Positions 23,718 to 37,000 of a stretch of DNA of 64,000 bases are shown in pieces. The DNA is from Neodothiora populina (taxonomy: Eukaryota), in assembly GCF_041146345.1 (NCBI RefSeq), contig NW_027191408.1, positions 806,001-870,000 on the forward strand, read 5' to 3'. Numbering within the stretch: the first letter of the stretch is position 1; every line of letters starts with the position of its first letter. Position numbers and translations under genes: made by a program. Under the pieces are notes generated by a model. The model saw only the letters and a program-made list of their open reading frames with translations, did no database searches and had not been told where the DNA came from.

Positions 23718-26307
23718 ATGCCGCTGACCTCCGCAAAGTCACTCGCGCGTCCCCTCGGCGCAACGGGGTAAGTTGGTATCTAGAGAAACAATGGTATTGT
23801 GAAGAGAGCACGAGCTTACTCATTACCTGAGGGTTGAAAGGCGCCTTGCTCGCCCCAGATATTGGACGAGAGGATCGCACAATGAGGCTCATGCATTGGA
23901 TTTCTCGAGGCGATGCCGCGACCTCCGCCGTTCTTTGGCTGTGCTCGCGATCGCCGTTGCTGGACTAGGCTGCGCATCAACTTATATTGTCGACTATTAC
24001 GCAGCCATCCACACCGAGGGCAAGGAGCGTCCCGAAGAGTGGGACCGCAAGCCCACAGTCATTGACCACAACACTTCCTTGAGAGAACGCCTGGATTTCC
24101 CGGCCCAGTCTGCGGGTCAATATGTCCAACACGATGCCGACCACTCGAGACCGGGTCAACAAGCACCGCCTCGGCAGACCAAGGGCCATCATGAACTCAC
24201 CACTCAGGAAATGTCTACTTGGTCCAGGATTGTCGATTCCGTCGCAGCAGCGAAGGACTCTGTCGCAAGCAGCCTCGATCTGTCAAAGGCAGGGGAGAAA
24301 CTGGCCGAACTCGTAGTGCCACGTTGGGTCAAGATATTGCCCGGCTTCATCACGAAACTGCAGGACGAGCTTTCAATGTCGCCTGGGTCTCTAGCCGAAG
24401 AGATATGGCGCGAGGCAAACGATCCCGAGTGCAACCCTGAGATTATATGGGATGCGCGTGTGAGAATTTCCGACTCACTGTGCGACGAAGAACAGAACTT
24501 CTTGCAGAAAAGAAGACACTACACGAAAACAGCCCTCGCTCGATATCTTGGAGTGCCCGAGCACGAGATACATCCTGACGATGTTCCGGTTATTGCCATG
24601 TGTGGATCAGGGGGTGGGTTGCGCGCGCTGGTAGCCGGAACTTCCTCCTACCTTTCCACAAAGGAAGCCGGTCTGTTCGACTGTGTGACTTACACGGCTG
24701 GAGTCAGTGGCAGTTGTTGGCTACAGACCTTGTTCTACTCGTCCATGGGACAGCAGAGCCACGCACGTCTTCTGAACCACCTGAAACACCGCTTGGATGT
24801 ACACATTGCCTACCCTCCTGCGGCGTTGACCCTCTTGAGCAGCGCACCAACCAACAAATTCTTGCTTTCCAGCATCGTGGAGAAGATGAGAGGTGTTCCA
24901 GACGCCGACTTTGGCATAGTCGATGTATATGGACTTTTGCTCACTGCTCGCTTGTTGGTGCCAAAGGGGGAGCTCGGAGTCAGTGACTACGACCTCAAAT
25001 TATCCAATCAGCGACGATACATTGACAATGGCGCCTATCCTCTACCTATATACACCGCAGTCCGTCACGAGATCCCAGAGAGAGAAAAAGCAGATGGCGC
25101 TATCCACCAGCCTTTGGCGGAAGCATACTTTCAATGGTTCGAATGGACCCCGTATGAATTCTTCTGTGAAGAGATGGGAGCCGGCATACCAACTTGGGCC
25201 ATTGGTCGTCGTTTCGACCGAGGTCACAGTGTATGGAGGGAGACCGGTCTGGCGCTCCCGGAAGTGCGCATTCCATTACTGTTGGGTATCTGGGGAAGTG
25301 CATTCTGTGCCACCTTGTCTCACTACTACAAGGAGATCCGCCCACTTGTCAGAGGACTGACTGGATTCGGTGCCATCGACTCGATGGTCATCGAAAAAGA
25401 TGCAGATCTGACCAAACTACATCCGATTGACCCAGCCAGCATACCTAATTTTGCCGCCAACCTGAAGGATTTGTTGCCGTCGACATGTCCGAAGAGTATC
25501 CACGACGCTACCCACCTACAGCTCATGGACGCCGGAATGAGCAACAATCTGCCCATATACCCTTTACTCCGACCCGGCCGGGACATTGATGTCGTCATTG
25601 CCTTTGACGCCTCAGCAGACGTCAGAAAGGACAACTGGATCAAAGTGACAGACGGATACGTCAAACAGCGCGGCATCAAGGGCTGGCCAATCGGCGCGGG
25701 CTGGCCGCCAGCGGAGGAAGACGAGGAAAGCATAAAGCAAGATCTCGAGAATGCGCAGGCCACAACCGAGCAAGAAGTCGACGCCAGATTCAGCGAAGCG
25801 CAGAGGAAAAGCGACGCCGCGCAAGAGGCGTCCATCGACAAAGGCCAGAAGACAGCCAAGCCTTCGGAGCTAGGCTACTGCACAGTCTGGGTGGGCACGA
25901 TAGAAGAACGAGAAACAGACAGCAGCAAGCCCCTGCCCTCGCCCAAAGCCGTCGAGCAAGAATGGGAAGTGAAGCGCGAAGACGCCGGCATCGCAGTGAT
26001 TTACTTTCCGTTCCTCGCCAACCCCAAAGTCGGCGGTGTAGATCCCATGACCTCGGATTTCATGAGCACGTGGAACTTCGTCTACACGACCGGCGAGATC
26101 GACAAGGTGGTGCAGCTGGCGCGGGCGAATTTCGAAGAAGGCAGAGAGCAGACCAAGCGCACGATCCGCGCCGTGTGGGAGCGCAAACGCAGCCAGAGAC
26201 TCCAGAGGGAAGACGACATGGCGGAGATGCGCAGACGCACGCGGATGCGGAAGCTGGTGCAGCCCAAGGAGAAGGTCTATGGGGAGCATGGCGATCACTT
26301 CAGCTGA
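23718..26307 (+). CDS. Cytosolic-PLA2-type phospholipase / lysophospholipase (PLA2_B domain), probably mitochondrial
   Basis: Oxyanion motif GSGGGLRA, nucleophile GVSGS and catalytic Asp in LMDAG. The ATG at 23718 plus intron 23768-23840 restores the frame of the 803 aa ORF. Confidence 0.88.
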
Positions 26308-26702
26308 TGATCTTGGGTTCTTCTCTTGCCCCTGCTCGTCGTTTTCATGTTTCAGACTCCATTCCATACACCCGTTGTAATCATTTTTTCCCCCTTCTTC
26401 ATCATATCATCATCCAACGAATCCCACGACTAGACCAATACCAACAACTGCAAACCAAAACCCCCCCAAGAGTATTCCCTCCATAATCAATTTTCTTCCA
26501 TCGATTGTCCAATTCTTCCGCTCCCTACGTGTGCTGCAACAGGACAGAAGAGGCACGTTTTTTTTTACGTTCTAGGTACATTACTTTTGATTCGCTGATT
26601 ACATACATTGGTACTCGGGATCTCGTTATGGAAATAATACTAGCTCTTTCCGCCTGTACACCCCCCGCCAGTCAAGAGCCCGAAACTGGGGGCACTGGGA
26701 CT

Positions 26703-29586
26703 TTACGTCGTCGTGCCGATGCGATGCTCACTGACCGCCATGTCCTCCTCGGCGATGCCTCTGTGCTGTAGGTTTTCGCCTCCTTCGCCTCCACTTCCTG
26801 CAGCCTGCGCAGAAGACGGGTCCTCGTTGGAAACAGCTCGCGAGCCACTTTCTCCGCTGACCCCACTGCTATCCCTACTACTGCCGCGCTCATCCTCTTC
26901 GGCGCGCTCGGTCAGTGCCAGCGCCTCCTGGACGCTCGACACGAAATGCGACTCGCCGCCGACCAAATCTACGATTCCGCTGACGCGCATGAGTCGCCAT
27001 ACTTCGCCCTCGGGTCGTCCTCGTCCCGCCGCGCCGCCTCCTCCTCGTCTCGAGTGCAGTCTGCTGAAGAACACGCGCGTGCCTCTGTCGGCGTACCCCT
27101 GCACGATCTCAAGCAGGACCTGACTCGCGGCAGGGTCTAGGCCCGTGACGCCGTGGACGTCGAAGACGACGTTGCGGTTGTGTTCTTTGCTGCGCACCGA
27201 GGGGAGCGCAGGGTGCGCGGAGCTGGTGCCGTGGTTTTCCAGCCGGCGCAGTCGGTCTTTTAAACTGCCTGTGTTGGCGAACGTCAAGGGCTCCGGGATC
27301 TTGACGATCAGGCAGTACGGGATGGATTCTAAGCCGCCGAGCTCGGCGTTTTCGAATTCGGAATTCGTGCCTGGTACGCGGCCGAGGATTTGGATTCGCG
27401 GTCGGGTTGAGTGGCGCAGGAGACGCAGGAGGGAGAGGCCGATGCCGACGGCGATGCCGATGCGTAGATTCCAGAAGAACGTGGTTAGGAAGATCAGCAA
27501 CATCAGCGCGAGTTCCGAGTAGCCTGATATCTTCCAGAAGAAGTGTAGGTCGTGTGGCGCTTCTTCTATCAGCGAGTAGGCCACTACTGAAATCATGGCG
27601 GAGAGCACGCCTTTCTGTTTTTGGTGATGAGTCTTGTCAGCTTTTGGGTTGTTGTTGTTGTTGTTACGCACGAGGAAAGGGGATCATGGCGGCAGATGCG
27701 CACTCACCGGAATGTAATAGAAATAGGGCAATAGGAACAGAGTGCAGAACACGGTGATGAGCGACAGGAAGACGCTGCTCATGGGAGTCTTGCCGCCAGT
27801 GCTGGCGTTGACTTTACTCCTTCCGTACCCACCGAATGCAGGAAGAGCCATGAATAAACCACCGAGTATATTGGCCACGCCCAGTGCGACGAGCTCGCGG
27901 TTGGCAGACACTGTCATGTCCTTGATTCCATCTGCCTCTTCGGCTTCTTCTTCTTCTTCCTCTCCATTTTCTTTCCGTACTTTCACCACGCTCCCTGGGC
28001 CAGTGTTGAGACTCTTGGCAGCGACGCTGGACTCGAAGAAACCCAGGAGAGCAATGAGAAAAGAGGTCGAGAATGCATCGGTGACATGTTCCATCATTGA
28101 TGGCTTGAACGGAAAGCTAGCTTTGAAAGGCTTCCCTTCGGCACGAATGTCTCCGAGAATATCAAGGCCTTTCTTATCCCATTCGTAGCGCCAAGCGAGT
28201 ACTGCAGAGAAGACAACGACAAGGAAGCGGTCGGGAAAGTAGGCGACACTGGGCAATCTCGGCTGGAGTCGACGCTTGAGCTCGCGGAACACCATGACGA
28301 TGGCGAAGGCGCCGAAAGACACGGCACAGGTCAGACGATGAGCGTGAGAGCCGTTGTTGACGAGGAAAATGATCTTGTCCATTGAGCTACCGTGAGCTGC
28401 TCCTCCAGCGTGTTCTACCAATGCGCTGAGGCCCATCTCAGGAATCAACTGATCGACCAGAATCACGATTCCGATGGCACTGATGAAGCCTCGAAGGAAC
28501 GGACGACTCAATACACTGTCTAGGAAGCCCAGCCGGAAAAGTCCAGCCAAGAGAATAATCGCGCCGGAGATGCCTGTGACCATGCCGGCAACCTTTGTGT
28601 TCGCATCGATGTCCCAGTCCTTGTGCTTGCCGCGGTTGATGTTTTCTCGTACGACCTGGCCTGTCAAGAGAGATCCTGCTGCTTCGGGGCCAACGACCAT
28701 CTGGGGACAAGTACCGAAGACGGCATATACGAAAGGATTGAAGACGAATGAGTAGAGGCCATTGATGGGAGGAAGGTGACCAAGGTTTGCGGCGTATGAT
28801 AGTGACATGGGGATATAGAACGAGGCCATGGTTAGGGCTGCTATCAGATCACCACGAACGTACTTCCAGCGGTACTGTCGAATCCAATTCGTCACAGGGA
28901 GATAGTATCTCAGATACCTGAATGACGCGATCAGTACCTCCTGCGATTTCTGGTCCAGGGTGTTTGAAAAGCAAAGACAATCGACATTGACTGAATGGAG
29001 GGCTATATACATACATTGCTCTGTCATGCTTGACTCCATGTCTCTTGGCCAGCCATTGGGTGGTACTCGTGTGTTGCCCAGGACCGCCCAGCAGTCCGTC
29101 CGTGACAGCATCGCCGAGCAGAGCATGCGGGCTCACACTGCCGCTGCCAGCATCATCCAGAAGGGGGCCTCCGAATCCATCATTTGAAGAATCATAAGTT
29201 TCCATGGACGCTATGCTGCCATAGTTGCGTAACATCCCAGGACGGAAGAAGGAATAGCCTTCGCTGTCATCCTGGGAGAGACTGCGGTAGTGTTTACCGA
29301 AAAGTTTGGCGCGTATAGTGGGTATGATGCCCCTGACGGAAGATTTATCTGACTTGGCCGATTGCCGATCCGAGTCTGCGCCAGACGAAGTGTCTAGACC
29401 AGCCGGTGGGGGTAGAGTATCCCATTCGACGTCTTTGCTGGCAGACGACGGCGAAGAGGCAGTTCTGGTCATTTCCGGCGACGAAGGCGTGTGTGACTCG
29501 CGCAAACCACTGGGGTGTAGCGGGGCGTGAGCATGCGATCGCGGAGACGTCGTTCGCGACGACCCTTGCGACGGAGAGCCGGGCAT
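26703..29586 (-). CDS. SLC26/SulP anion (sulfate) transporter with STAS domain
   Basis: GDLIAALTMASFYIPMSLSYA, VGPEA, ANRELVALG, GYGRSKVN and the STAS motifs LTFANT and VVFDVHGV. Introns at 28918-29014 and 27615-27707; the latter contains an (AAC)n tract. Confidence 0.92.
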
Positions 29587-30601
29587 TTCTGCTGTTGTTG
29601 GGCTTCTTCTTATCCTCCGGGTCGCATTCAGCGAGGGGTTTGGACGAGGACTAGAAGCAGACGAGATGCACAACTTAGGAAATGATAAGACGAAAAGATC
29701 AGAGGACAGGATTTGACATCAACATGCCGATTTGGGACAGTGCAAGGCGGAGGTTGTGATGGAGAGAAAAAGATATGGAGATATGCGGGTTGTATATTAT
29801 TTCCTTCTTCCCCCCCACAAGTTTTTGGGATTGTAATAATTATTTCTTCGGGCGCTGGTTTGTTCGTCTTTTGCCCGCCGCCGGGGGCTTGATGCGCACC
29901 TACCGTTTCTGGTACCTGTACGGAGACAAGCACCTACTGTACTCCTCCTGGTCCTGGTCGTGGCGCCTGGCTCACGTCTGTGTTGGTCGCGAGTTCAGCG
30001 GTGTGAGTCAGAATGAATACTAATCAGTCGAAAGGAAAACAGGCATAGACTCTTCTCTTCCGTCAAACTCAATCCATTCGAACAAGGGATCTGTGAGAGA
30101 GTCAGAAGGTCCCGCGACGGTGGGTCACACGGAGAAAGATGGATCGCCATTGGCTGGAAGGTTTCACAAGAGGGGCAACCCAAGCCACGGTTCCTTAAGG
30201 TACAGTGTTTCCGACGCACTGGGGATGCTTATAATTACAGGCTGACCTTATAGGGTCACTTGGCCCTACAATACTGCAGGTCGGGTTGTTCTAAGCGCTG
30301 CATTCATCAAGTGGTCGAGATCTGAACCGCCGCAGGGTATACGAGCTGCTCAAGCATAATATGCATCACATTGTGCATACCCCGTCTCTAAGGCTTACTG
30401 TAACTGTTGCGTAGGCAAGGCAGCTGGCATAATCCATTGTATGGTGTACAAGGAGCTGTGAATATAGATATAGACGTCATCATCACCCTCAGAACTTTCT
30501 TGACACAGATGCTGTACATGTACAATATCGCACTGCACGATCCACAAGACATTTCTGTAATGGTCTTTTCTCCTGCAAAGGACGTTCACAAATCAGACAA
30601 A

Positions 30602-31078
30602 ATGACTCTCAACCCATTGACCTTCCCTCGACCGCCCCTCATCGCCTCAATCAACAAACAGATCCTGATCAAGTTCCGCGGTCCAACAGGACCCACTATA
30701 GCGTCTACGAATCATGCACAATGGATACTAGAGACCCATCACCCACCCACTTATTACATACCACCTTCAAGCATTTCCATTCCTTTGACCAAATCACCGC
30801 ACAAAAGCTATTGCGAGTGGAAAGGGGTGGCGACGTATTTTGATTTCGTCACGCCCGAGGCAAGGAAAGTGGAGCGGCGAGCTTGGACCTATGAGGAGCC
30901 GAGCAACAAATACAAAGATCTGAAGGACTGGGTGTGTTTCTACGCGGACGAACGATGGGAATGCTATGTCGGCGGCGAGCTGGTCGAGCCTCAGCCGGGG
31001 GACTTTTACGGGGGGTGGATGACCAAGGATGTGATGAGAGAAGGCGTCAAGGGCGCGCCTGGCACGAGAGGATGGTGA
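30602..31078 (+). CDS. DUF427 (NTP_transf_9-like) domain protein
   Basis: FPRPP...WILETHHPPTYYIP...SYCEWKGVATY...WTY...PQPGDFYGGW matches the DUF427 pattern. The start codon was chosen as the ATG in AAAATG context. Confidence 0.85.
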   Translation: MTLNPLTFPRPPLIASINKQILIKFRGPTGPTIASTNHAQWILETHHPPTYYIPPSSISIPLTKSPHKSYCEWKGVATYFDFVTPEARKVERRAWTYEEPSNKYKDLKDWVCFYADERWECYVGGELVEPQPGDFYGGWMTKDVMREGVKGAPGTRGW

Positions 31079-31690
31079 AGGGTGTCATGTACCAACAGAG
31101 CGCATGGCAATCAGAGGATGGTGACTACAGCGTGTCATCATATGAAGTCCGCCGTGCCGGACGCTACTGTATGGCATCAGTATGATATCTACATGTACCG
31201 TATCTTCGTGTATATCAGTTGCAGAACAGACACTGGTCGGGACACGGACGATCTAATGTCCGAGTGAGTGGGAGGACATTAGTGGATCGGGCCGGAGTTT
31301 AGAACAGACAGTACAAGCATCGTCATAATCGCCGGCGTGTCGCAGACCAACATGTACTGTACTGTACTGTGCTTTGTGTGAACTAAAGGTATACCTTATT
31401 TATCCTCTCGAAACGCCACCTTGGAAATGGTTCAAAAGGTTGTCGTGCTGGTTCAATACTGTTGCCTAGGGATATAATCTCTTTTCCTCTCCTTCTGTAT
31501 CCAACATAGGTATCTTCTCCTTCTGTTCATCTCTCAAGTGCTGGTCAAGATAGCCCCTCTTCATCCGTGCTGTTTGAGCGCTGCTCATCTCCCTGCCTCT
31601 GGTGTAACAAGAACAAGACCACTCTGTTCGGCCATAAGAAAGTCTCCCTCTCCTTCCACTTTCCACTTCCGTTCAACCACGACTGCGACA

Positions 31691-33414
31691 ATGGCTTCCG
31701 CCGACTCGGATTCAGAGTACCGTGGCCGTACTCAACAACCAATGCTTGCCTCCCAACGCGCCAAAGCAGATAACCCAGATGGCGCCAAGTCGCTGCCTAA
31801 ATCCGCCTATTTCCCCTTGGGTTACAAGGAAGGCTTCAGCCAATGGGTCAGTAGAGAGTAATCGACGTTGTCTTGAAGGATGCTAGAACTAATGGCCACG
31901 AACAGTGGGCGGGCCTGACACCTGCTTCCACCGAAGACCACGTGCTATCCTTCATCCCCTACCTTCAAAAGCCGCCGACTCACACGCAAACCGGCTCTGC
32001 GCCGCCGTCGACTTCTGCTTCTTCTGCTTCTTCTGCTTCTTCTGCCCATGTGAACAGCTCTCCGGATCGCGAAGCCGCCGCTGTCACAACCTCGGGTGTC
32101 TCCGACCCCTACGGACCGCGTCAATGGCACTCCAATCTAGTCCAGCTGCAAGGCAAGGACCGATTTCTAAACGAGTTCTCCGTCGAGCGATTAGGTGAGC
32201 AGGTTGACAACAATCTTGTCATGCTGCACGGTTATGGCGCTGGGCTTGGCTTCTTCTATCGCAACTTTGAGAGTCTTAGCAGGATGGCTGGCTGGAAGTT
32301 GTACGCTCTCGACATGCTGGGAATGGGACGCTCATCACGACCCTCCTTCAAGATCCACGCCAAGGACCGACAGGACAAAATCACAGAGGCAGAGAACTGG
32401 TTCATAGATGCTCTGGAGGAATGGAGAATCAAAAGGGGCATCGATCGCTTCACGTTGCTGGGCCACAGCATGGGAGGTTACATGGCGGTGGCATATGCGC
32501 TCAAGTACCCCGGACACCTGAACAAGCTCGTCCTCGCCTCTCCAGTCGGCATTCCCGAGGACCCGTACGCAGTGAACGCAGACATGCCCGAGCCAGGAGA
32601 GTCGACAATGGTCAACGAGTTCACCCAAGACAACCAAGACGTCGTCAACTCCTCGAACCCCGACCTGCCCTCCTCGGCCAAGACCGGCGACGACAACAAC
32701 AACTTCCTGAATGCCCGCTCGAAGCGTGAAGCAGCAGCAGAAACATCAGGCAAGCCCCCTCGCAAGCCCATGCCCAAGTGGCTCACGACCCTCTGGGACG
32801 CCAACATCTCGCCCTTCTCCCTCGTCCGCTGGTCCGGTCCGCTAGGCCCCCGTCTCGTCTCAGGCTGGACAAGCCGCCGCTTCTCGCACCTCCCAGCCGA
32901 AGAATCGCAAGCCCTGCACGACTACAGCTACTCTCTGTTCCGCCAGCGCGGCAGCGGCGAGTACGCACTAGCCTACATCCTCGCGCCGGGCGCCTTCGCG
33001 CGCAGCCCTCTGATCCGCCGAATCCACGGCATCGGCCGGCAATGGCTCTCAGGCGAAGCCGCGCCCCACACGGCGCCACAACCAGACCAATCCGACCGCG
33101 TGCCCGCCTCTGCGCTCGCCCATCGCGCGCGCGAAACAGGCGTCCCCGTCGTGCTCATGTACGGCGAAAACGACTGGATGGACGTCAAAGGCGGGTACGC
33201 GGCGGCGGAAAAAATCCTCTCCGAGAAGAACAAAGCGCTGCAGAACGCCAGCGACGAGGAGAAGCAGAGGGAGAACGGAGACGCGAAAGTCGTCGTTATC
33301 AGCAAGGCGGGCCATCATGTTTATCTTGATGGCGCGGACCATTTCAATCAGGTCATGGAGGGCGAAATGAAGGACGTCGAGGTCAGGGAGAGGCGCTTGG
33401 GCTTCTTGAAGTAA
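31691..33414 (+). CDS. Alpha/beta-hydrolase of the Cld1/Ict1/ABHD4-5 family (cardiolipin deacylase-like)
   Basis: LVMLHGYGAGLG, DMLGMGRSSRP, nucleophile GHSMGG and C-terminal HX4D (HHVYLD). Intron at 31847-31905. Confidence 0.88.
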
Positions 33415-34085
33415 TGGTTCTTTTTTCCTTGTTCCAATCTCTTGATAGACCACGTCTTTCCACCACCATGCCGTTCGGAGCGACGCAAGAACGACTAGGT
33501 TTCCTTATCCCATCTATCACGGGGGTTGCCCGTGGGTGGGAAGATGCCAGGCGCCGAAAAGGGGGCGGCGCAGGATCATCTTGAGACGGAGAGGCCAGCC
33601 AGTCACTGGAAAAGGTACCTACCTCACGGCATGTCGCATTGCCACTAATCAACACTTGGGTATTATGGTGTATAGAGACGAAATAGATGCATTCACATAC
33701 ATGTATGAGCAGAGCATACTCTCTTACTCTTGCCATTACCGCCTTTTCCTTCTCTCGGGACCTAGCAGTACGATGACTTCACAAGTGTGTATGTATGTGT
33801 GTGTACAAGAGGCATGACTGGTGGAACCGAACTTGGACTGTGGTACAGATATATACAGCTATTTCTATTCCTTTCTCTTTGCGTATAATTTACAAAATGG
33901 TCCCTGTCTCTGAAAGAGATAGGCAAGAACAAAATCTCGTTCTTTTTCCTCGTTCTCTTCGTCTTCTGGAGTGGTGTCGTCGTCGTGTCGAGTCACTACA
34001 TATATACATATACACACTTCTGCTTTCTCTTCTCTCGTCCTATTTGTGCTCTTCGTGCTCTCCTCGATTCGTCCTATTTTGACCT

Positions 34086-37000
34086 CTACTCCTTGCCTCT
34101 GATCAACCTCTGCTGCAAGCGATCGTACACCTTCGGCATACTCCTGGCCGCCCTCCAAGTCCTCGGCGCCTGTTCTCTGATTTCCCTGAGAGTGCCCACG
34201 TGTCTGAACGCCTCTTCCTTTCCAGCTGCATCGAGCGTTGTCTGGCGTCCTCTGATGAGCGCCGCTGTCGAGCCGCTGGCTTCCAGACTGCGCAGTTCGA
34301 GGAGCGCGCTGGCCAGGTATACCATCGTCTTGTATTGAGGGATCAGCGTTCCTGGAGCGCGGTAGCGTGTGCTAATGCTCTTGTTTGTGCTGCTGCGCGG
34401 GGCGGCTGTGGCGTCGTCGTCGTCGTCGTCGTTTTCGCGTGAGGGAGAGTCTGTCGGTGATGTGTTTTGCTCCTCTTCGCCATCCTCGAGCGTCGGACCG
34501 GTGCGACCGCGGAGGTATTCCACGCCTTCCCGGAGCGCACTGTCTTTGGGCACCACTCTCTTGTTTGAAATCACACCAAAGCGCGCTTTGATCCATCCAG
34601 GCCAGTTGTCGATGAGATATTTTTCCATCAGAGTGAAGGCCAGGAGAGCTCGTGGAGGGCTGGTGCGACACAGGTGCACGACAAAGGCGTTCCAGGTCCT
34701 GTTGTCAAGCTGGTAGCCCAGCGATAGAAGCGATGAGACCAGCTCTGTCGTGGAGCTGGCCGCAGACTCCTTTTGCGAAAATTGCGACGCTAGGTAGTAG
34801 CGGAGAGGTCGGCTGAGAATAAATCGAGATCCAGACGGGATCTTGGGTCCAAGCGCAGCATCTGCGTCTGACTTGACAGCAGCAGACCTTGGTCTCGGAC
34901 TGGCCAAGTCAGCGTGCGACTTTCGCAACGCTTCCGCTTGTGATCTGAGAAGGTGCCAATATCTGTCCACCTCTGCGTATTCTCCATTCCGGAAATGCAC
35001 CGACATCAGAGCGGTTATGAGTCTGACAGGTTGTGCAAGCTCCGTCGCGCCTTCCAGCTTTGCCCGCTTTGACATGTACGTCTCACAAATCGACTTGGCT
35101 GCATCAAATGCACGTCTCTTACCGTGGATAAATACCAAGAAGTCGGCACTCAACAAAGAGACAGGGGTCTGTCCTCTCAAGCCATGCCCTGGGTGGTCGA
35201 TGCTAGGCGGTGACCTTTCCGAGTTGCAGAACCACTCGAAGTCTTTCATGACATCTGTCAGGGGCTCACGCACATCTGAACCAGCGTACCTCAAGTCACC
35301 GCCCTTCATGCTATGCTCGTGCAGCGCTTTTGCTTTCAGCTGGGCAGCTCTTGTGCTACCAGTGGGCCTGACCCTTGCGGATCCCATGTCCCTGGCGACG
35401 TCTAGAGCGTGACTGTACATGCCCTGATTGACGTAACCGGCCATCAAGATAGCATAGTGGAAGCCAGAGGGACGAACATTATTGCTACGCATGACGGTGC
35501 GGACAATCTTTCGAGCCGCGTCGGTCTGTCGGTAAAAACACAAAACTTGAATAAGGGCGCCGTACGTGTTCGCATCTAGCGGGATCCCTTCATCTTTCAT
35601 GCGACGGTAGACCAGCATAGTAGACTCAATGTCGCGATTGAGGGCATGGGCCGTGAGGACGCTATTGAAACAAATGGTAATAGGTCCATCAGCCTCCCCC
35701 TTTTCCACAAGCTCTATTGTCTCCTCTAGTACTTTGACTGCCGATTCAACATCATCATTGTTGACATGGGCAACGACAAGACTGTTGAACATGTGAACTG
35801 TCGGTTTCAAATCGTATGTTCTAGCAGTCTGGATCAGATTCGTGGCGCTGTCAACGTCACCCTGCTTGGCATAGAGATTCAAGACCGGGCCAAAGGTGTA
35901 GGCGTCCGGTTTGATCTTGCTGCGCAATAGGTCTCCAAGTGTTTCGACAGCTCCAGCGAGATCGCTAGCTTCCTCGTAAGCATGAAGGACAATGTTGTAG
36001 CAGCGTAGATCCGGCTCAACGCCGTAGTCGGCTCTGATGCGATGCAGCTGTCTTGCAGCTTCTATCGGACGGGCAAATCTGGCATGAACATAGACGAGCG
36101 GCCATAGTCTTCCAGAGTCCTTGAGTCCCTCCGGGTGCAGCGCCAGGTACTTTTGAGCATACTGCTCTACCACGTCCATGTGGCCCAGTCTGGCCATGCA
36201 ATCCATGACGACAAGAAGAGAATTGTCGTCCATTCGCTCATGGAAGCGCTCCATGTCACGCTGATAAGTCTTGAGGTCGATATACTTGAAACCCGAAAGA
36301 CGTCCTCGGATGGCTAATCTTTGGTCCCTCCAGAACGTGATCAAGCGGGCGAGCATATATCGAGAGGGATTGAAGTCGGAAGACTCCTGGTAGCGTTTGT
36401 AGGCGAAGGTGATCAGTGTCGAAACGTCTTCGATGGCAGCGCTCGTTCCTGTCCAGGCAAGCTGCAAGATGAGGTCCTCGTATATGCTTCTCGAGGGCAA
36501 TTTCAAGGAAAGAAGATTTCGGAAGAGGTTACGGAGAGATGATCGGAAAGAGGCGCCTTGTTGACCCGAGGCTATGAAAGCTGGACTCTGTATGGCAAAG
36601 CGGATTCTGGCGCGCCAGATGGGTTCTATAATGCCCAGGAACCTTCTCCGTTGGTCGGGATCCGAGAGCTCCATGTGATATTTGGCCAAGGCCAGTATAT
36701 GAGAGTCGAGAGATGGGTCTGACGCCAGCTTTTTCCATAGTGCCTTCGGCGGCGACGGCAGGAAGGATTCGTGGATTTCTAGCGCCGTGTCCCACCGCTC
36801 ATTGGAAATGGCATGAAGCATCATGACATCTGCGCCACAGACGCGATCGGGGAGCAGCATCCGGGCCTGAGAGTGCAGCTCTTGAGCTTCATGCATGTGG
36901 CCAGTAGCGATATATGCAGAGATGACAGCGCGGTAGACTTCATCTGATCTATCTTCGGTGGGTAGACGAGAAAAAAGTTGGAGTATATATCGCTGGGAGG

